Of a stretch of 64,000 nucleotides of DNA, positions 33,463 through 42,347 are shown one piece after another; position 1 is the stretch's first letter, and each line of letters begins with the position of its first letter. This stretch comes from Salisapilia sapeloensis CBS 127946. Taxonomy: Eukaryota; Protista; Oomycota. Location of the stretch: assembly GCA_023334545.1 (NCBI GenBank), contig JAADVB010000046.1:30849-94848 (forward strand), given 5' to 3'. The notes beneath the pieces were generated by a model. That model was not told the DNA's origin and did not search any database. It saw only the letters and a list, made by a program, of their open reading frames with translations. A program made the position numbers and the translations under genes.

Positions 33463-34308
33463 ATGAAGAGACTTTTTGCTTGTGGAATAAAACATGTAAT
33501 TACCACAGTTTGATAGAGCATTTAATTCTGCGCAGATAACCAAGCGTAGAAGCAAATTGTGCATGCACTAGCTATAAAGTTAGCTAGTGAACGAGAATTC
33601 AAAAGTACCAGAAAGCAGGCTACTATAATACGCGAACGATTGCATGCTGTGGAGATCTGGTGACAGGGTTCAACGTTCTGGCCTTCTCTCGGTTGTAGTC
33701 TCTTTACCTCTTTGTGCTGACTTGCAACAAGACTATCGTAAGCTTTACCAGCTAAAAAATTATTAGAGATTAGTCTGTTTGAAAGCAGTATGGTAGACTT
33801 ACCGCCGAAGCTCTAGTATAGAAATCAGCTGTGTCAGAAAGAGAATACAAGATGTACTTGGATTAATAAGCACGAACTCGAATTAAAGTTATAATGCTAA
33901 TTCCTAGATACCCAAGAAGTCTCACATCTATAGTAATAAGCAGCGATAGCTTGATCATTTTACAGACAAGATCAAAACATAGCTTCAGTCGACCCTTTCT
34001 AGTAACCTTGTGATCGAATGCACTCTATATCTACTTGTACACCGTTCGCATAATCGCTCAGATTAATACTTTATTCCTCACCCTCTTATAGTAGCCTTAC
34101 GCAGCAAATCTAGTTTCTACAGGCTACTCCGTATATCCAACAGCCCTTTGAAGTTTTATACTACGCTTTACTTCTATAGCAATGGATTATTTCCAGGAGT
34201 ACAATTAAAAGGATTAGAAACTTGAGAAGAGCTACAGGAAAATCGCTGCATAGCTTAATCACATACTGGAGCAATTGAAAAATAAAAACGACTAGATTGT
34301 ATGAAGTT

Positions 34309-35067
34309 TTATTCCTTTTCAGTCTGCTTTCTTTTAGCTAAGAACAGTTGGATACCACTTGATCGAAAATCGGGATGCAGATATTCTTCCGAGTACGAAG
34401 TAACATCAAATGTTTGCTCAAATAGCTCGAAGAAAGCAGTTTCTGTTGCCTTGCGCTTTTTGTAAGCAAGCAAGATGCGCGTATCTTCATTGGAGATTTC
34501 ATTCATACTTTTTACGAGTGCTTCCAATGCGTCAGCGTAAGGACAGGCGACAATGTCAGAGCCAACGATAAGGTCAAATGGAATGTGAGCTTGCATCGCT
34601 TGAGATGGAGTGTTTCCCCACAAAAATTGTTCTGCATGACTATTGGATGCCATCTTGTTTTTCTCTAGGTTGTGCTTTGTAAGGTTGACCGAGTCGTTGT
34701 CACCGTCCGTTGCAATAACTTGTTGGGCGTCTAGTGCACTAGCGACGACGCTGACAAGACCTGGACCAGAGCCTAATTCTAGTACCTTTTTGCCCTTTAC
34801 CATATCCGGATTCGACTCGAGAAAGAGCGAAAGGGCAATGGCAGCATCATATACCGCTGCGCCAAATCCGATGCCTGTACCTCCTTTGCCGTCCGGTTTC
34901 CACCTCTGCTCAATTCGAACGTCGCGCCCGAGCATCGGGAACACGCGTTCCTTGTCACGCATTGCATCATGAAATGGATTCGCATATGAGAAGGGTACTA
35001 GAGCCATTGGTTCCACACTTGCATTTTGCTGCTCAACCTTTGACTGCTCATACGACGGCGCCTCCAT
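34309..35067 (-). CDS. Seven-beta-strand protein-lysine methyltransferase (METTL21/family 16-like)
   Basis: GFGAAVYDAAIALS, KKVLELGSGPGLVS (motif I), VIATDG, FDLIVGSDIV, AYKKRK. Confidence 0.88.
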   Translation of the reverse strand: MEAPSYEQSKVEQQNASVEPMALVPFSYANPFHDAMRDKERVFPMLGRDVRIEQRWKPDGKGGTGIGFGAAVYDAAIALSLFLESNPDMVKGKKVLELGSGPGLVSVVASALDAQQVIATDGDNDSVNLTKHNLEKNKMASNSHAEQFLWGNTPSQAMQAHIPFDLIVGSDIVACPYADALEALVKSMNEISNEDTRILLAYKKRKATETAFFELFEQTFDVTSYSEEYLHPDFRSSGIQLFLAKRKQTEKE

Positions 35068-35239
35068 GCCCACTCGACCAAATGTCCATTCGTGTCCAAA
35101 TTTGATTGTTTTGTACCACTAATGTACCATTTAAGTATCTACCAGCGGCCAGATTTGGAGGTGTATCATCCAACGTACTCCTAGAAAAGTGGTCGAGCTA
35201 TCTTTATTTATCTTTACCTGAACCCTTTTTATCATCGCA

Positions 35240-36874
35240 TCACTTTTCTTCAATAAAAGCCAAGTTGAGCTGATTCTCAAACGGTTGCAACAATTTGCCC
35301 AACGAGTTCTTTTCATGCGGTGGTAACGCACGACGGATGTTCACGAGCTCTGCATATTTTTTCTCCATCTTATCCTTGATCCTCTTCAGCTTGACATGTG
35401 CGTCTCCTCCATCTCCCTCCATCTTCGCTTTCCTCCGGAACGAAAGATAGTGCCGCAAAAGTTCACACACATCGTGGAACTGGTCGTACACTTGCTGTTT
35501 GAAGTCTGCTGGGATGGACCCAGCCGCCAGTGCACCTGCAGACAAGGTCGACTGGGAATTGGCAGCAGCATCCTGGTCTCCATCGAAGCGAGAGACGATC
35601 TCCGACATGACATCTAAAGCAGACTTCATCGGCGGAAAGGCTTTGCCTAATTCAATAGGCTCTTCCACCACCTTCTGGAAGTTGTTCATCGATGCCGATG
35701 GGTCGTTTCCACGCATCGCAGTGTTCTGACTACTTGCTCCGTCTTTTAAATGGTCAAAGTAGCGCGATTCGTCTTCCAGTGTGAGTGGTGTAAAGTGGTC
35801 TGATGCACTGTCTTGTAGATCGTCAAGAGAAATAGCGTCCTGTAGGGTATCGTGGTAGGGCGTGGCTTTCTTATTGGCCGTCTCTTGACTCCGACTCGGG
35901 TCTAAGACGTACGCAGCGTGTCTATTAAACTTGTCCACCGTCCGTTTCTTGGCTTCTTGTTCTTTCCTCTGAGTTGTCGTTAGCTCCACTTGTTTCGTCC
36001 CGCCATGCTTCGCTACCGTGTCTTCATTTGTGGAGGTAAGATCCACGAGAGGGTCCACGACACCTCTTGGATCTGGCTTCTCCTTATCCTGTACTTCTTT
36101 TTCCTTTTCTTCGTACCGTGTGAAGAGATCTTCCTGTCCTGCAGTAGAAGCAGTCAGGTTCTTACGATCTCGATGAAAGTACTTGGATTTAAAGAAGGCG
36201 CTCCAGAACTCTGTTTCGGTCATTTGGTCCGGGACCTGTTCCTTGTAAGCTAGATGGACGGCAGGGTACTGGACAAAGATCTGGTGGATGACCTCTGCAT
36301 TCAAATTGTACTTGACAACATTCCCGCCTTCAGCGTTCCCTTCCAGGTCTGTTAGGATCGCAGACGTCTTACCCGTCTTCTGCCTCTTACTCGCTTCATT
36401 CGCCAAAAGATCCTTTCGACTCATCCAAAAGTCCTCTTCCGAGATAAGACCTTCACCCACCATCTCTGTATGCTGCCTCTTGAGCGACGGATTGGACGCT
36501 AAGAGAGCTGCACGTTGCTGGATCTCCGTCTTTGTCCATGGTGCGCTCCTCGTTTTCGCTTTACTGGACGGAGTGGCACCGAGGTAGCGAGCAATCAGAG
36601 CCTTGGCTTTGTCCCGGCTTTCAAATGCCTTTTCTAGACCAGTCGGGTGTGTGAATTCCAGCACCAAGGTGATATTCGACGTAAGACGTAGACGGATCAT
36701 GGCCTTCGGGGACGAAGAAGACGACACTTGTTGGTCTTGTACGTGGTTCCATGGAACACCGATGGGCTTACCATCACCACTGGTCTTGGGCTTCCATTGG
36801 ATCCCTCTTTGAGAGATATCCACCAAGCCATCTCTCTTCTTATAGCGCACAGGAGCTGTCAATCGGTCTTCCAT
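35240..36874 (-). CDS. GTF2H1: TFIIH subunit p62/Tfb1 (PH-like domain + two BSD domains)
   Basis: VRYKKRDG...IQWKP...PKAMIRL (PH); LLASNPSL...ISEEDFW and IHQIFVQYPAV...MTETEFWSAFFKSKYF (BSD). Start taken at MEDRL. Confidence 0.9.
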   Translation of the reverse strand: MEDRLTAPVRYKKRDGLVDISQRGIQWKPKTSGDGKPIGVPWNHVQDQQVSSSSSPKAMIRLRLTSNITLVLEFTHPTGLEKAFESRDKAKALIARYLGATPSSKAKTRSAPWTKTEIQQRAALLASNPSLKRQHTEMVGEGLISEEDFWMSRKDLLANEASKRQKTGKTSAILTDLEGNAEGGNVVKYNLNAEVIHQIFVQYPAVHLAYKEQVPDQMTETEFWSAFFKSKYFHRDRKNLTASTAGQEDLFTRYEEKEKEVQDKEKPDPRGVVDPLVDLTSTNEDTVAKHGGTKQVELTTTQRKEQEAKKRTVDKFNRHAAYVLDPSRSQETANKKATPYHDTLQDAISLDDLQDSASDHFTPLTLEDESRYFDHLKDGASSQNTAMRGNDPSASMNNFQKVVEEPIELGKAFPPMKSALDVMSEIVSRFDGDQDAAANSQSTLSAGALAAGSIPADFKQQVYDQFHDVCELLRHYLSFRRKAKMEGDGGDAHVKLKRIKDKMEKKYAELVNIRRALPPHEKNSLGKLLQPFENQLNLAFIEEK

Positions 36875-37008
36875 CCCTTCGGTTGATTTATCCTTGTCGA
36901 ACGTATACAAAATGCAAGTCAAAAACTACAAATCTGCGCACATACCAAGCTAAAACGGACCAAATGGACGTTTGATCTCGTAGAAAGCGACTGTGTGCAC
37001 GTGATGCG

Positions 37009-40000
37009 ATGGATCGTCAGGAGCAAAAGGCGCTGTATGCTCGGATGGAGCAACAGCGGGTGCAGCGTGAACGACAGGCTCAAGAACTACGTTGGATGGC
37101 AATGGAAGAGCTACTGTCAAGGCGTCTAGTCTTGTGGCGACGTGAAAATGAGCTTTTACTAGAAAGGAACGCACAGGCAAAGATGGATATGGAGCAGTTA
37201 AAGATAGAACGCTTGGAATTAGAGAAGGAAGTGGAAAAAATTCGGCTGGAGGAAGTGAAGGTAGCACGCTTAAAGGAAGAGCGTGAAAAGGTGAAACGAG
37301 AGCAGAAAGAGTTTGAAGCGCGAGAGCTTGCATCCAGTCCTATTGACGATTACAACCTGGATATTCAGCCAGTATACGAGAACTTTGATAGCATCATAGA
37401 AGGAGCGCAGACGGTCATGAAGGATCTAGAGCAGTTTCAAAAGCTACGAGCGACAAAGGTAAAGGGGATGAAAGAAGCGAGAGAGGACGTGTCTTCGATC
37501 AAGACCAAGATAGAAACAACGCAGCTAGTGCTTCGAAATCTAGAACGTTCAGTCAAAAAGGCGAAAACGACCGGGACGGTTGCTAGAGCTGGGTTTGGCA
37601 CCGTCCGAGTTGTACCAATCACTCCTATCGATGTGGAAAAGCTCGAAGTGGAATTGAGTGAGACAAAAGAATATTTGGAAAGACTTCAGTCTTCCCTATT
37701 AGCAAGAAAGCAAGAGTTAAAATGGATAGATCGGTTACTGCAGCAATTGTGTGTTCTCGTGGAACGGAATGAAGGGTTTCGTCGTGAAATGATGAAAAAG
37801 CTGAAAACCTGTTTAGATGTCGGTAGCGAACTAGTTCTATGTGCGAGAGAGGATGGTGAAAAGCTAGAAGAACGTATGGATAAGACGGAACGACAGCGTA
37901 AGGCACTGGATGAACGACGGGTCTTGATAGAAAAGGAGAGACGGGAGGTGGAGATGGCCAAGACAGAGTTCTTTGATACGAAGCTACGTGTAGAAGGAAC
38001 GTTTCAGCGAGTAAAGAGAGAGGCGTTTAAGAGTGAATTAGATACCAAGTGGACCGAGCTGGAAGAGCGAGTAGTAGATTGCCAATGCAAAAAGCGTCAG
38101 TTGATGAAAGAAAAAATAGCAAATGATTCCAAGCTACAAGAGTGTGCAAGCAAGACGTATGACATTGAGGTATGCTTGAATGAGATCAAACATTGCGGTC
38201 AAGAGCGTCCGGAAGAGATGGAATCCTTAAAAGAGCTCCAGACTCAAGTAGAGGAAGAAAGAGATGTGCTTGAAAATGAGCTAGAAGACAGTTTAAGTGA
38301 ACATATACGAAGGAAGAAGCATGCAGATCGATCGGAAGACGAAAAAGCATGGATTGGGCTCGACTTTGTCCTTCATTTCGCACATTATTACAAAGTACTC
38401 GATCGAGGAGAAGTCGACATGATCCAAAAGATGCCAGAGTACATTCCGATCGTACGTACGAAAGAAGAGATAGGACGATTACTAGCTCTACCTGGTCGCA
38501 ATTCCCTCGCTTTCGCCTTTATCAAAACCCAAGCAGAAATGAAAGCGCACAGATTGCTTCGAAAATTCACATGTGGCGATGGGGAAGACTACTACCGTCA
38601 ACTTGATACAGAGTACCGAGGAAAAGGACAGGTTCAAGCTAAAATCGTTGACAATTTAAACGATATGCGCATGGCACTTGATGCAAACCCGGCAGCTGAT
38701 GCATTCAAGGGAAAACTAGTAGCATTACAGGAACAATCGACGGCTCCTCTGACACTGGTTAAGGATAGTGGAAAGATAGTACCACATCAAAGTACTTCAC
38801 ATTGTTTTTCTCTTCCACAAGATGACATGGCCGTGCTCAAGCTAACTATTTCAGTTGTCTTCCAAGGTCACTTTCGTCTAGTTGGGTATGAAAATGGACG
38901 CTTGTCGGCTGCACTTTATGTACTCCCAGAAGACGGCGTAGTGCCAGACTCTTCTGCAGGAAGCAAAGCAGGCGATATTAGCGGATACGCCCTTTATGAA
39001 GAGCTTGTCCTTAATTCGGCACACAATTTTGGTCGATTGGTCTTGCATCATGATCCAGTAGCCAAGCCTCTATCTTCGCACGTTGTTTATCAAATTGTGC
39101 TTGGTGCCCCTGTACTAACCTCTTACTCTATACAAGTCCAAGCACATGTAGCGACATTTGCGGATGCTGCTTTCCAGATTAAACGGCATGAGGCACTCAA
39201 GTATCAGGAAGAGATTCCGGTGTGGCGAGATGAAATTGAAAATCTATTCGTGACAATGACATTAAGTGAACGAAAGAAGCGTTTAGCCAAACGGATGATG
39301 GAAGAAGCTCAAGATGCCGCTCAAGCAGCAGAATTGGCACTGCTGAAAGCGACTAATGATTTAGAAAAGGACAATCAGGTGCATGAACTACCGCCAACGA
39401 CTCGACTTACGCTGCAAAAGACGATTGGAAAAGCTCAGCGAGACTTTGAACGCCAGTGTACTTTTGCAACAAGCCGAGCGAACGAGATGCGTGATATCGA
39501 GATGGGACTTACTGAGCTAACAGTTCGACATGCGGAGAAGATAGCTCAGTGTAGACATATGGAAACTACACTTTCCAGCTATCGGACAGTATTACCCGAT
39601 GTGGCTGCGGCGCTAGTGCCGAGTGAAGATGTACATGAACAGGATGCAGCTGGTGCTTCCCTTGCCAAAGACTTAGACACAGAGTATGAATGTCGAGGTG
39701 CACGCTCAAGTAAAGTGCGGTGGGCGGAACTTGCTGCAATGAGAGCCAAGTTACCATCGATGATGACACCGGCGGAACGAGTGCGACGGAAGTACAAGAA
39801 GAATGCAGAGCCGTTGGAAAAGGCAGAACGGCTGTGGGTTATAATCGACAGAATTCGTTTTCCTAAGCTATACGAGTGGGAGTCTCAGCAGCAGAGCATA
39901 ACGCTAGATGATTTTCTCTATGGGTCATCTCAAGACAAGTCCAAAGTGCAGCTGGGTAACTTTGTCAAGTTCACAAAAGAGGAAGAAGCGCTGGCGACAT

Positions 40001-42315
40001 TGTCGAAGCAAGAAGTAGACAGAATTTTAAATGCGCCTTGGAATTCTTTGGAGAGGAAGGAGATGCAGATTCGGAAGATTGTAACAAAGTATAAAGACGA
40101 GCATCCTCGCTCGCAGGATACAAAGAAGAGTAAGCAGGTAGGATTAGCTGAGCTACTTCGAGCAGAGCCTTTGGATCGATTAAGTGACGAGGAGAAAGAA
40201 TGGCGGATGTATGACAAAATTCTTCATCCTAGTTACTATCCGAAAGGTATCTCGGCCGTCATTGAAGACGCAAAGCTCAAGGAAATTGCACCGGAGGCGA
40301 CAGACATTTGTCAAGAAGACTTGATCATGGCGCTGGATACCAAAGAGGAAGATTTATATAAGCTGCCGTCGAGACTAGTGACAGCACGAAACTTGTTGAT
40401 CAAGTACGACTCGTCGCTACATGGAAACCTGGCGCAGATGCAACAGCTTCAGCATCAGCAAGTAGCCTTGTCCAGCACGGAAATTGTTCAAATGGATATT
40501 GATGCTCGATGCCGACTTGTCTATCTTGAGCTCCAACGTGCAATTGCTAATACGCAAAACGAATTTATGGACTCATCAACTCTGCACACGACAGTTCAAA
40601 GATTTCCAACGAAGGCGTTAAGACTAGAGCTAGAGAAAGAGTTGGACCGTCTTCTCATTTCACAAATTACCGAGAGAGAAGCAGCATACCGGAATGCAGA
40701 CACCTCCAATGAAACTCTAAAAGCATCACCTGAAGTCGATGACGATTCTGTTTCCGAGTCGGACAGTGACGAAGAAGCGCAGATCGCTCGGGAGAAGAAA
40801 CAGATACAGAGAAAGCAATCTCACGATCGAAATTCGCAAACAAATCGAGGCAAATCAATTCGCGATAAGACGCTACAAAAGCAACGTCGACAGATCCAAG
40901 ACGCTTTGCGTGCACGTAGCGTTGAAGAAAAGCGTTTTCTGTTGGAGCAGCAACAGCTTGGACCTGGCGGATGCATGGGATGTAAAACTAATCCTTGTGT
41001 CTGGCAACCGTACCTGAAAGACTGTGTTGATACGATTAGAAACAGAATTGAAGCTTTGGAGGAAGAGTTGGAAAGAGTAAAGAATTGTCCTGATCTAGTT
41101 ATCACGTCGACAGTATGCATTTCAGCAGTAAAGTCCGGAGATGCGAATGGTATCATGATGCGAAAGACAGACATGTTTGAAGAGCTCACACTTGAGAAGA
41201 AGACTTGGAGGCGAAATTTAAAGTTGAAAGCAGTAGATGAAGAGCTGCATGAAACGTTTCGATCCACGGAAGAGTTCTTTGAAACGAAGGCACTGCATGA
41301 CTTCACCCAACTACAACGCCGAGACAAGGTACAAAAAGCCCTGCAGAGAGAACACAATGTCTTGGTGGCAGAGTTGACAGCGAGAGAAGTCATTGAAGAT
41401 GTCTTAGATCTTATGCTAGAAGGATGGTATTTCGGATCGAGAGAGTCCCACTATGAGGCAGTTGGGTTTGTCCCGAGTATCAAGAAGTCTGGTCCATTGA
41501 CGATGCAAGACCTCCGTGTTTTATCTCAGAACAGGCTGGAGAAGGCGCCGCAGGTAGATAATGGCAGCAAAGAGGAGGGAGCACCAAAAGATAAGTGGAA
41601 GCCCATTGAGGTGAAAGCAATGGAGCGGCAGGAGCAAAAGAAAGCAGTTGAAAAAGGATCCGATATGGACAAGAGCCTAGTGGAAACTGAGCAAGCGCTC
41701 AAATTCGGCATCTTCTGCCTCACTTTAATGTACTTTCGTGGATTGTCTATGCTAAGGAAGCAAAAGACACAATGGAAACGGAAGTCAATGAGTGTCGTTC
41801 AGCCAGTGATGGCACCAAAGTCGAAGGAAAGAATCAAGATGGAAGCTCAGGTGCAGAATGTCCGCCGAAGACAAAAAGTCAATGCGGTCTACGAAGCCAA
41901 AGCCAAGGCTGGAGCAGCAAGGAAAGCACGCTTGGAAGAGGAGAAACGACTTGCCTACCGGAGCAGACTCATCGAACAGACACGGAAGGCGAAGCGAGAG
42001 CATAAAGCAGCAATCGAAATTCAAAAAATGTACAGAGGTCATTTGGGGATGCGAGCAGGTAAGAGGTGGATGGTCCGCCGACGTGAGATCGACGCACAGC
42101 GAGCATTGGATGTAGCTGCTGCTATCACATTGCAGCGTATATACCGTGGTCGTATGGGTCGGAAAATTGCTGACGAAAAGCGCGTGGAGCTAGCTGAGTT
42201 TATACTGCAAATGAGAGCAGAGGAGATGGTGGAGGAAGAAGACGAGTACTGGCGCACGCATCGAACTGAGCGTATCGCTCGACAGATTGCAGCGTTTCTC
42301 AAGAAGCAAGTTTAA
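37009..42315 (+). CDS. 1768-aa coiled-coil protein with two C-terminal IQ motifs, a central beta-rich domain and a three-copy internal repeat
   Basis: Single intronless ORF; IQ motifs IEIQKMYRGHLGMR and ITLQRIYRGRMGRK; Cys cluster GCMGCKTNPCVW. Confidence 0.85.
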   Translation: MDRQEQKALYARMEQQRVQRERQAQELRWMAMEELLSRRLVLWRRENELLLERNAQAKMDMEQLKIERLELEKEVEKIRLEEVKVARLKEEREKVKREQKEFEARELASSPIDDYNLDIQPVYENFDSIIEGAQTVMKDLEQFQKLRATKVKGMKEAREDVSSIKTKIETTQLVLRNLERSVKKAKTTGTVARAGFGTVRVVPITPIDVEKLEVELSETKEYLERLQSSLLARKQELKWIDRLLQQLCVLVERNEGFRREMMKKLKTCLDVGSELVLCAREDGEKLEERMDKTERQRKALDERRVLIEKERREVEMAKTEFFDTKLRVEGTFQRVKREAFKSELDTKWTELEERVVDCQCKKRQLMKEKIANDSKLQECASKTYDIEVCLNEIKHCGQERPEEMESLKELQTQVEEERDVLENELEDSLSEHIRRKKHADRSEDEKAWIGLDFVLHFAHYYKVLDRGEVDMIQKMPEYIPIVRTKEEIGRLLALPGRNSLAFAFIKTQAEMKAHRLLRKFTCGDGEDYYRQLDTEYRGKGQVQAKIVDNLNDMRMALDANPAADAFKGKLVALQEQSTAPLTLVKDSGKIVPHQSTSHCFSLPQDDMAVLKLTISVVFQGHFRLVGYENGRLSAALYVLPEDGVVPDSSAGSKAGDISGYALYEELVLNSAHNFGRLVLHHDPVAKPLSSHVVYQIVLGAPVLTSYSIQVQAHVATFADAAFQIKRHEALKYQEEIPVWRDEIENLFVTMTLSERKKRLAKRMMEEAQDAAQAAELALLKATNDLEKDNQVHELPPTTRLTLQKTIGKAQRDFERQCTFATSRANEMRDIEMGLTELTVRHAEKIAQCRHMETTLSSYRTVLPDVAAALVPSEDVHEQDAAGASLAKDLDTEYECRGARSSKVRWAELAAMRAKLPSMMTPAERVRRKYKKNAEPLEKAERLWVIIDRIRFPKLYEWESQQQSITLDDFLYGSSQDKSKVQLGNFVKFTKEEEALATLSKQEVDRILNAPWNSLERKEMQIRKIVTKYKDEHPRSQDTKKSKQVGLAELLRAEPLDRLSDEEKEWRMYDKILHPSYYPKGISAVIEDAKLKEIAPEATDICQEDLIMALDTKEEDLYKLPSRLVTARNLLIKYDSSLHGNLAQMQQLQHQQVALSSTEIVQMDIDARCRLVYLELQRAIANTQNEFMDSSTLHTTVQRFPTKALRLELEKELDRLLISQITEREAAYRNADTSNETLKASPEVDDDSVSESDSDEEAQIAREKKQIQRKQSHDRNSQTNRGKSIRDKTLQKQRRQIQDALRARSVEEKRFLLEQQQLGPGGCMGCKTNPCVWQPYLKDCVDTIRNRIEALEEELERVKNCPDLVITSTVCISAVKSGDANGIMMRKTDMFEELTLEKKTWRRNLKLKAVDEELHETFRSTEEFFETKALHDFTQLQRRDKVQKALQREHNVLVAELTAREVIEDVLDLMLEGWYFGSRESHYEAVGFVPSIKKSGPLTMQDLRVLSQNRLEKAPQVDNGSKEEGAPKDKWKPIEVKAMERQEQKKAVEKGSDMDKSLVETEQALKFGIFCLTLMYFRGLSMLRKQKTQWKRKSMSVVQPVMAPKSKERIKMEAQVQNVRRRQKVNAVYEAKAKAGAARKARLEEEKRLAYRSRLIEQTRKAKREHKAAIEIQKMYRGHLGMRAGKRWMVRRREIDAQRALDVAAAITLQRIYRGRMGRKIADEKRVELAEFILQMRAEEMVEEEDEYWRTHRTERIARQIAAFLKKQV

Positions 42316-42347
42316 TAGACAGAATGAAAAAGTATCTTGGTCTTCAA

